From assembly GCF_000400465.1 (NCBI RefSeq), contig NW_008806283.1, forward strand, positions 330,001 through 362,000: a stretch of DNA of 32,000 nucleotides, written 5' to 3'. Below are positions 1 through 9,020 of the stretch, in pieces. The notes below the pieces were generated by a model. That model was not told the origin of the DNA, made no database searches, and saw only the letters and a program-made list of their open reading frames with translations. The position numbers and the translations under genes are program-made. The stretch comes from Wallemia ichthyophaga EXF-994 (lineage: Eukaryota; Fungi; Basidiomycota). The first letter of the stretch is position 1; every line of letters starts with the position of its first letter.

Positions 1-2864
1 CTTAGAATGCAAATCTCTGCTATCTTCCATGTTGGTGACAAACCCTCTCCTGCGCGCTTCATTGAATCATGTCTCACATCACCCTTGGATGATTAAAGGT
101 CATTCCGGGCCCCCGCACTCCCACATTCCTCCTCGCCAGCCCCTTCGCCCTGATATCACGTTCGACCCTCAAGTCATCAAAGGCATGATGGGCTTTGAGT
201 TTGGTAATGAATATGAAATAGAGCATAAATTGCGCCAAGTTCTCAACTCCCCTGCATATCTCAACTCTCTTGCCGAATGGGACAAGAAAAATCTCAAGAC
301 ATCTTATAAGTCTGATCCAGAGTTGAATAACTATAACAATGATTTGAACGCGCAAATTCAGCATACTCCACACCATCACCGTAGATTCTCTCAGCAACTC
401 AACAACAATGTGGAGAAGGATCTACCGACATCAATAAGTGCAGACAACACTCAGCGAACATCGAGATTATCCAAGAGATTTTCCGGTTTAGATTTCTACA
501 AGCGCAAAATCGCTGGCACATCAATCGCAAATGCCTTTACATCAATCAATGACCAGACACAAATCGGCGAAAAGGAGAAAGAACCTAAGTATGACACATC
601 CAAACCATACCTAAATCCCACGCAGGGGTTCCATCCACTGTGGGTGAACGATAAGAAAACGTTGATACAACACTAACGAATAGCAGCATCTCCATATATT
701 TTCTCGTCAGTGAGAAACAGCAACGCGACAAAAATTTCGGTCCTGGCTTGTTCGCCAGCTCACAGGTATCGTTAGCGACGATGGCGAACCAAGCACACGC
801 GCAAGTGCACAGTCCCGTTACCCCGTCTGATCACAGTGTATATGCGCAATATGAGCGCAATCGCCCGCCTCCACCTGTAGCGCCCATACCTCTTCCTCTT
901 TCGCAATCCGACGAAGAAGGTATGCGGCGATCGACGAGCAATAGCAGCATGATGCCAGTCGCTCGCCAGCGCCTGTCGAGCACAAACAGTCGAGCGCGTC
1001 CTTTAACGATATCGGAATATACCCAGGGCACTAACGCCAACGCCGACCATAATACGCACCAACAGCACCAGCAACTGTATGGCCAGTATAGCCAGTATGG
1101 CCAGTATAATAATTACAGTCAGTACCCCCCAGCGCAACAACCGACGCCTGTTCCCAATCGCGTAACTAGCAACATGCACGGGAGTGGGAGTGGGGGTGTG
1201 AATGGGAGTGCAAATGCAAGTACAAATGCGTCAACAGTAGTACGCTCGCCCAGCTCCCCAGCGATGAACAATTCGCGACAGCATACACGCGCGCGTGCGA
1301 ATCCATTGGATGTTGGTACCGCAGCACCTATTCAGCCGCCTCCACCCGTGCGTGATGGGAAGGATTATCCTCTTCCACCACCTGCAGCGTCTGCACACAG
1401 ACGGTCACATTCTCTCAGTCAGAAACCGGAGATGTCGCCGCCACTCCCTCCTGCTAATAGTAGTGCAAATGGTAATACTAGTGCCAACGCTAGTGCTAAT
1501 GCTTCCTCTGCCTCGGGTGCCGGGGCGCCAATGTCGACTATCAATGAGCCAGACACGTCTAGCACGGCTGCTACTACTAATGGGACTGCTAATGGTGTCG
1601 CTAATGCACCTACTCATGCGAATGGAAAGGGAGGGATAGCGCACAAATTCACCTCGTTCCTCCATCGTCAATCGTCACACGAGTGCGCACCGGGCGATAT
1701 TCCGCGACAGAGAGTGAACAGCACGAACAGCTACAGAACGGCGAACCGCCTGAGCATGCTCACCAAAAGCAGTAGCAAGGATAGGGAGGGTTTGAAGGAG
1801 AAGGCGCACAACGATGCAGTGAACAAGCTCGAAGGTGGATCGCATGGAAATGGAAACAGCAATGCACACAGTAATGGCCATCACTCACCGAACGGCCACC
1901 GCCGTGCTTATACGGTGTCTGAGCAGAAAAGGGAGCACAAATCAGCGCCAGTGCACCACGATCGCACTCTGTCTTCAGGTCAGCCTAAAGCTACGACGGG
2001 CGTGCAGCATACGGTTGGGCGCTACTCAGGTGTCGGGCCTTGGATACAGTCGAGTAATAAGAAGAGCGCACAGCAGCCACATTCACACCAACAACAACAA
2101 CAGCTGCAACCACCTGGCACGCCTACTGCTCTCGAAGTGATGAGTCGATCAAGCAGCCGCAGCAACGGAAACGGGAGCGGGAGTGGTAATGCGAATGGGA
2201 ATGAGAATGGAGGAAATAGTACCAGTAATACTTCGCAAACTCAGCACACTCGGCAAACACCAGAAGAGGTGTTCGATCCCGTCGAAGAACCCAAGGCAGT
2301 ATGGGGCAAGGGATTGTTCTCTGTAGCTACAACATCGACTAAATCATCCAACACGCTGCGCTCGGAAATAGGCGACACACTAAGCAGATTGGGTGTGAGC
2401 TATAGGTTCACGCGCGCAGGCTTCGAGTGTATACACCAGCCATCCATTTCCGTTGGAGGCGCAGGCAGTAAGCGTCTAGAGGGCAGCGTCGATTATTCGC
2501 TCAAAGACAAGGGTGACTCAAGTGAACATATGAAATTTGGCAAGTTCGTCCGCAAGAAGAGCTCCAAGATGTCGTTCAACAGCTCGAAGAAAGCATCAAA
2601 TCATGATTTGGGCGAAGAGGTAGGCAATGGGAGTGGAAGTGGAAGTGGTAATGGGAATGGAAACAATCCCAGCGCGTCCAAAGTACGCTTTGAGATTAAT
2701 ATAGTTAGGGTGAGTGTGGTGTGCGGTGGGTTGTCTGGACGCTGACTCTTTATCAGGTTCCTCTGCTGCTCGGTATAAACGGGATTCAGTTCAGACGCAT
2801 TACGGGGAATAGCTGGAGCTATAAAGCCGTTGCGCAGCGTGTGCTGGGAGAGTTGCAACTTTAG
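1..2864 (+). CDS. KIN1: Kin1/MARK-family Ser/Thr kinase, 5'-partial (end of kinase domain, long low-complexity linker, C-terminal KA1 domain)
   Basis: Kinase-domain end ECKSLLSSMLVTNP..HPW at the window start. Intron 640-683 (gtgggt..ctaac..tag) joins GFHPL to SISIYFLVSEKQQRDKNFGPGLFASSQVSL. Intron 2710-2756 gives the KA1 end RFEINIVRVPLLLGINGIQFRRITGNSWSYKAVAQRVLGELQL, TAG at 2862-2864. Confidence 0.9.
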
Positions 2865-3041
2865 AATTCTACAACGCAACGACGTATATTAACGATGTTA
2901 TGTTATTTTTTTTCCACGACTATATTTTACTTGTATCTTGGATACCAGATAGTTCTATACTGTTATACATGTTATAATAAGTTACTTTTCATTACTTGTA
3001 GTTAATTCTAGTTAGTTGTAGTCACTTATGGTCAGTCTAAG

Positions 3042-3659
3042 CTACTCAAAATCACCGCCACCACCACCACCGTCATCATCGCCGCCGTCATCTTCGTCAC
3101 CTTCACCATTATCGAAATATTGATTGGCATAATCTGCATCGTCTTCACCATCGTCACCCTCTTCTTCCTCTTCCAGCTCCTCTTCTTGATCCTCCTCTGC
3201 ATTCTCCGCATCATCCCAATCGATTTTGCGTTTCTCTCTGCGCTGGACAGTCTTGCGCATACGGACACCGTCAAAGACCTGCGCCGGGAAGAATTCAGGG
3301 TTCATTATAGACTTGAGTGAGGAGAGGTGGTCCTGGTTGGCGACTGTATTAGGTTTCAGTTTGTATTTATCTGAGTAGCGTTCGACTTGATTAGCATTAG
3401 CATTCGCGCTGTTATCCTCCTCGGTAGCTTCTTCGGGTAGGTTGTAGGGAGAAAGACGTATGAGCTCGTAGTAGTCACCCGCAGCGTTTGCATACTCCAG
3501 CTCAGATGGCGCTGCTGCATTCATGTGCTTCATTTTCTGCGGTGGGTAAAGCGCCGATGAGCCCTGTGTGCGCATCGACGCCATATCAGCGAATGTTAGA
3601 CCCATCGGCGGCATCGCTGCTCCACCGCCGAATCTTCCGCCGCGACCTCCTCTACTCAT
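3042..3659 (-). CDS. RPC31: RNA polymerase III subunit C31 (RPC31/RPC7 family)
   Basis: ATG 3659 MSRGGRGGRFGG..PPMGLTFAD, LYPP, VERYSDKY, FFPAQVF motifs, long acidic tail with DYANQYFDNGEGD; no intron needed. Confidence 0.85.
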   Translation of the reverse strand: MSRGGRGGRFGGGAAMPPMGLTFADMASMRTQGSSALYPPQKMKHMNAAAPSELEYANAAGDYYELIRLSPYNLPEEATEEDNSANANANQVERYSDKYKLKPNTVANQDHLSSLKSIMNPEFFPAQVFDGVRMRKTVQRREKRKIDWDDAENAEEDQEEELEEEEEGDDGEDDADYANQYFDNGEGDEDDGGDDDGGGGGGDFE

Positions 3660-3883
3660 TTGGTGTGGTGGTGTGGAAGACAGCGATAACAAAGTAAAAA
3701 TCAAAATAAATAAATATAAATAAATATTATTGTAAAATGATTGTAAGTGGTGTGTTAATGAGTGTGAGTCTGATGTAAGCTGTTGCTCGCCGCGTGGCTA
3801 ATGAATGTGAAGCGTTGAGTTGCTTGTAGTGTGCCAATATGTTTCCTGCCTAATTCTGCCACCTAATTCCAGCTCAATTCAGC

Positions 3884-4142
3884 TCAATTACGCTTTCCCT
3901 GCCAGCTACAGATTGGACAGACGTCTAATCGCAGTTAGTGCCCTTTCAACTCAAGTATCTTGCTACTCACATATCTTGCTCCCACACATCGGAATCAGTG
4001 GGACAAAGAAAAACTCGAACCAGTAGCGCTCTTTTCCAAACACCACCGATACGTTGTGACACCTCGGACACTGTCCCTTTCCTTTCGGACTTTGCTCTTT
4101 CGTCTCCTTAACGCGCCTTGGGAATCCAAATACTAAACACAT
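3884..4142 (-). CDS. Small zinc-ribbon protein (70 aa, CPRC...CPIC; zinc_ribbon_15-like), absent from the ORF track
   Basis: Exon 4142-3971, intron 3970-3925 (gtgagt..cactaac..tag), exon 3924-3884 give MCLVFGFPRRVKETKEQSPKGKGQCPRCHNVSVVFGKERYWFEFFFVPLIPMCGSKIYVCPICSWQGKRN*. Two CxxC pairs flank WFEFFFVPLIP. Confidence 0.8.
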
Positions 4143-4394
4143 ACTTCATTCCCTTTTCATTAGCTTCTCCCGCCTCGTTATCGCCTAAACTTACGTTACG
4201 TGATGACGGATGCGGGGAGAGGATATTTATGACGCGTTCGGACGTAGCAGGTTGGAATATTAGGGTGATGTAATGAATATAACTTGGTTTAATACCAATT
4301 ATCATATAAATTGACGCGCTCAACACCTCTTGTGCACCCAATCACCATCACCCACCCCATTCGGCAGCGGCAACGTCATATCCAAAAAATCAAA

Positions 4395-4962
4395 ATGAGC
4401 ATTAAAAGCTTCTTAGAAACATTTATTCCATTTTAAATACCTCCATTAACTGCCTTATACTTGCTTATACGCAATAATAGTCACTCCTCACGCATCGCTG
4501 GTACTTTTATTGGTTCCGGTTTAATGACCAAGGGCATTGCCATGATTCTAGACAGCGATAAATCTTTCCTCGGTGGCTATTCGATGTTCACCGGAATACT
4601 GCTTTTTGTTCTCGCTTTAGGTGGCCGGCGTGGCTTCTTCAAAGCCGATCTTAACCATTATATGGACGGCACCGCATCTGATTACTACAAGTGGTACCCA
4701 AATACTGATAATGTAGATGTGAGATATGGTCAACGCTTCACCTGTTTATTCGAGAAACGTTTTTGACATTTTCAAGAAGACTTACTATGCTAAGACGGAT
4801 GGTGAATTCGTTATGGAGATGACGACAAAGAAGAGTGAAACTTATCAAATGGACCAAATCAATGATGGTAATGAGCATATCTTCGTTCTCAAGCCTAGCT
4901 CTATGTCTTTGAGTAATGGTTTGCCATCTTTAGCTAAGATAGGCTATAAAGAAATCGACTAA
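4395..4962 (+). pseudogene. Disrupted or orphan ORF, membrane-protein-like N-terminus, in an AT-rich island
   Basis: ATG 4395 (caaaATG) is in frame with ORF 4461-4766 across one TAA (4434-4436). The reading continues in another frame (4726-4962) by a frameshift or a possible intron 4719-4776. Hydrophobic segments such as GYSMFTGILLFVLALG. No family recognised. Confidence 0.4.
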
Positions 4963-5828
4963 GATAAAGATTCTGTTTGAAAAAACCAGATGAGACAGTT
5001 TAATTCATTTTTGGCATTTACAAGTATATTCCATTACGTTCCACATTACGAGACAATCGCGTTATTTACTCTCGAAGCTTTATAGATAGATGGGAATCAC
5101 ATTATATAATCAAAAGCTTTACAACGATTAATAGTCTTCGCCTACGATACCCAAGAGTTAACTACGTGGAGCTAACAGAGGCGCGCTAGTGAGGAGCGGG
5201 TTTTTGAAGAATTCATAGAGAGCAACTCGAAGCTCTATCACTGCTTGAATTCTCAAATGGCTGAAAGTTGAGAAGAAAAACCTTGTGAAATTGCTAAAGG
5301 ATTAGGTTAAGACAAGACGTGTTGTGGTACAAGATAAACGTAATTGAAACCTAATACAATTGTGATGTGAAATCTAAATATGTTGTGAAGACAATAAATG
5401 TTTAATACTGCGTCCATTAATACTTTTTAAAGCATGAGGAGTTGAAGGGGGTGTCGCATTTACTGGAAGCTATTCTTGACTAGCGTCTTAAACTTTGAAT
5501 GGTTGGTGGTTCTCAGTTACGCCAAACCACTGGAGTATCTTTGGTATGTAGTCAATTGTGGTTTAAAGAACTCGTAAAGGGCCTGTAGAGAGTGTGCGTT
5601 TCTGAGCGTTGGACCTATTTCGAACCGAATATTATTGATCTTGATAATCTTCTGTTAATGTGATTCTGGTCTTCCATGCCTTTTATATATGAATTTTCTA
5701 TGCGAGACGATGTTCTCTTTGCAGTTGAATCAATCAGTCGGAAACTCATGGGAAAAAAATTCATCAGCTGCGATTCGATCAGATTTACGTTCTGAATATG
5801 ATTAAATAATAATTGCTGATACCATCAC

Positions 5829-5910
5829 TCGTGTATGGTGTAGTGGTTATCATATCGGTTTTTCACTTGAAAGACCACCGAAGAGCCGGGTTCGATTCCC
5901 GGTACGCGAA
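5829..5910 (+). tRNA. tRNA-Glu(TTC) with a 10-nt intron at 5866-5875
   Basis: Acceptor stem TCGTGTA/TACGCGA, D-loop TAGTGGTTA, anticodon stem TCGGT/ACCGA, anticodon TTC at 5862-5864, T-arm CCGGG-TTCGATT-CCCGG. Intron TTGAAA can pair with the anticodon loop. Confidence 0.9.
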
Positions 5911-5912
5911 CA

Positions 5913-5917
5913 TTTTT
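5913..5917 (+). terminator. RNA polymerase III oligo-dT terminator of the tRNA
   Basis: TTTTT 2 nt after the discriminator base. Confidence 0.75.
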
Positions 5918-6064
5918 GCCTCAAGTTTTAATTTTGGCTTTTTGTGTGTGACTGCCTCCTAATAATGGGCCGATGGGTTGGATGTTTAGAATTTTGAACA
6001 GCTTGTTCAGACTCACGCCACGTGCTAATTGTACCACTCTTTCCATTTAACCATCACTGGGCAG

Positions 6065-6775
6065 ATGTCCAAGGTCAACAAATTCGATGCGGCGCTACTC
6101 GTATTTCAAATAATAGCAGTGCAATCAATACACTATTTATCACTGTCAATAATAACCCCACTCTTGCTTCATCTATTTGGGAATGATGAAGCATTGCGAT
6201 ACGAATGGGGGAGCTCACCGCCATGTTCTATTGGATTGATTCTAGATTGGCGGGAGCTAGCAAACTGGGACCACGGTGAACCAGTCTGGCAGGGGTTGTG
6301 GATCCAAGGGGTTCAACGAGGACGCAGTGCGAATATATACGAATGGGATGGGAGTCATAATAGGAGTAGAGGATGGGTATTGGCAATATGCTGGGTCTTT
6401 GCCTGCTTTGTTGATATTATACCTCTGTACTACCTCATTCGCAAACCAACCCTCATCCTTGATTTCGCATTGACAATAACAGGCCTTCACTTCTTGTTCA
6501 CCACAGCGCACATACAAAGCCCGCCTGTTGGATTCTTCTGCTACGGGGTGTACGCACTCGGTGTGGTCGTGCTAGTTGTTGGTGCTGAACAGCTTGCGAT
6601 GAGAAGAGAATTGACGGAGGGATTATGGGGTGATAAGTCGAATGAGCAGGATTATGAAATGTCTACTAGACACAACCACAATCAACATGTCCGTTCTCAT
6701 CGCAGACCTACGGGATTAGGCTTGGTTTTGGATAGCCCTGATAACAGCCCAGACAAAATTAGAAATACACAATGA
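6065..6775 (+). CDS. SYS1: Golgi integral membrane protein SYS1
   Basis: MSKVNKFDAALLVFQIIAVQSIHYLSL, RGWVLAICW, LIRKPTLILDFALT, AEQLAMRREL; four hydrophobic segments in SYS1 arrangement. Confidence 0.8.
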   Translation: MSKVNKFDAALLVFQIIAVQSIHYLSLSIITPLLLHLFGNDEALRYEWGSSPPCSIGLILDWRELANWDHGEPVWQGLWIQGVQRGRSANIYEWDGSHNRSRGWVLAICWVFACFVDIIPLYYLIRKPTLILDFALTITGLHFLFTTAHIQSPPVGFFCYGVYALGVVVLVVGAEQLAMRRELTEGLWGDKSNEQDYEMSTRHNHNQHVRSHRRPTGLGLVLDSPDNSPDKIRNTQ

Positions 6776-7173
6776 AGTAACTCGTACTTGCATACAGACA
6801 GTTATACCAACCAACACAGCAACATTGTAGGATATATAGTAAATTTACAGAAGAAGGAAGCAGCGTACGTTATAGAGCGAGTGAAAAGTATTATGTATAT
6901 AGTGCTTGTATATATGTGACTACACCACAAGCGCACCGTAAGCGTCGCTAATCAAAAGTAAAATAAGTATATATGTAAGTATGAATGTGACAAAAATAGA
7001 TGGATGAGCTTTAGATAGAAGTCTATTCCAAATAAGCGACTTTGGTATCGTTATTATTGCAAGTGGCGAGTTTAAAAAGTGAAGAAAAGAAAGACATTTG
7101 AACGCATAACGTTTGCGTCATAATGATAAGCTAGAAGTGAAAAATCTCAGGCCTGGAGAACTAACTAGAAGAG

Positions 7174-8518
7174 CTATCGTGTAATGGATGGGTTGATGCG
7201 CAGTCCTTTAGCGATCCTTGTACGTACAGACTTACGCACACCGTCCTCTTCGTACCGCAGCGACAGTGACTGTGGAGGGATATGGTTTGGGAAAACCACT
7301 TGGGTGCTAGGAGGTGTTATTAGAGTAGAGATTTCCGTTGAAACGGTGGAGCTTGAAGTTTTGTGATGGAGGTCGGATGCCTGACGATACACCTCTTCTG
7401 GTTTGAAGTGCACACGTGTATCTGTAGGTCGAATGTTTTCTTTTTTGCTCTTGACTTCGTCCTCGTCAGATACATACGCCACTTCCTCTTTCACCTTGGG
7501 CTGTGTCTTCTGCATTAGGCTCTTGTGACTCCTAAGCCTCGCCGCGCTGGCGTGGCTCGCCTTGCGCGATGCCTGCGCCTTAGTGAAGATTAGGGGCGCT
7601 CTATGCCCCTTTTCTTTTTCTCTTTCTTTGTCTTTCTGCTGCTGCTGCACCTGCAACTGCTCAGACAAACGCTCGCTCTTAATGATCTTGCACTGAGCCT
7701 GTTCAGACAGACTCTGGAGCTGTCTCAATTTACCTGACATTGGGTACTCCCGTTTTGCTGCAGAAAGGTAGTTGTCCTTGAGATACAGCCTGAAATCGTC
7801 TCTGGGGGACTGCAGCCGCTGGGACAGTCCTTTTTTGGCGATGTGTGAGTTCATGTCTGTCAATGGCGGAGGTGAAGGGGATGTATTTGCTGTTATGGAA
7901 ATGTCTGACTCTGCGTTGTTTGTGTTGCCTGTGTTGTTTGCATTTGTGCCAGTTTCTTCGTTGGATTGAAACATCGTGGGTTTAGGGCTATACGGTGGCC
8001 AGTGTTCGCGATGCCTGTGTTTTATATGCAGTGACTTTAGTGAGTCGTTGTTGTTCGAAAGCTGACTCTTGCAAGTGATAGCGCTGTGTGGTAGATCCTC
8101 CGAGTATGCACGCATCGGTGGAGGATTCAAGACGTTGTCGTCCGTTAAAACCGCCTGCTTATGTAAGCCAGAGTCCCTTGGTATCTAACTTGTTACACAC
8201 ATCAAGAAGATCATCGTAAATGAGGTCAAATTGGGCAGCCGAGGGGGTGATGAATGTGGGTGAGTCGTTGAGCAGCATCCCATTGTTCTGAACAAGTCTC
8301 TTGGAGAGGCTGTCAAGCTGCTCTGCCTGGGTATTCGATAAACACGAGTGCCGATATGCTATGCCATCACCCACCTTTGCCGGTAGCTCTGTGTTTAGCA
8401 TTTCAAAACTTAAAAATGAAAAAGAATGTTGATTGTTGAGACGGGAGACTGAGGTCCCAGATACCATTGTCCCATCACGCCCTGTTCCTGGCAGCGGCCA
8501 ATGTGAATTTCTCTGCAT
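7174..8518 (-). CDS. Hypothetical protein, hydrophilic and low-complexity, two exons; start uncertain
   Basis: ORFs 8159-8518 and 7174-8130 join in frame through intron 8200-8158 (gtgtgt..gcttac..aag), giving ..DDLLD-QAVLTDDNVLNPPPM... No domain recognised. Confidence 0.6.
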
Positions 8519-9020
8519 GAGAACAATGGCGTTGAGTGAGACAGGGTTCGGCAGTTATGCAGGGGAGCTAGACCTGAATGTACCATTGCTTTTAGCTACT
8601 ATCGCTCAATAGTGCTTTAACCGGTCCGCCATCGCTGTGATCACATTAGCTCCGCGTTCTCCGATCTTGTGCATTAGCACCCTGGTTTTTGTGTAATTTT
8701 ATGCATCCTTTAAGCCCAAAATCTAAACTTTCGCATACTCCGCCTAGCACACGAATTGTATTACTGCTTCCTTGAATTAATGGCTCATTAATTGACGGCT
8801 CACTAAGCAAGTGGCCCAACCACACGGTTCAAACCGGAAGCAGTGTGTAATCTTGCGCTATTTTGCGTGTTTCCGCTTCTGTGCTATGTGAAAGTTTCAC
8901 TCGGCCTCAACCTTAAAATTAAAATACGATATGACATGCATTAAACAATTAGCGTTATATTCTACTATTCTGGTATACAAAGGAATCATTCTATTTCTAC
9001 TTGAACATGTACATGTACTT

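Noticed and set aside
4960-5400. Alternative genetic code or RIP explanation for in-frame TAA/TAG/TGA in the island
   Set aside because: Stop density in this part is similar in all three plus frames, so neither recoding nor a C-to-T signature can be supported without an intact homologue.
5674-5700. TGCCTTTTA resembling U5 snRNA loop 1
   Set aside because: The invariant loop continues TTTTAC, and the flanking stem and Sm site are not evident.
5862-5866. Reading the tRNA anticodon as CAC (Val)
   Set aside because: D-arm spacing and the TCGGT/ACCGA stem place TTC at positions 34-36.
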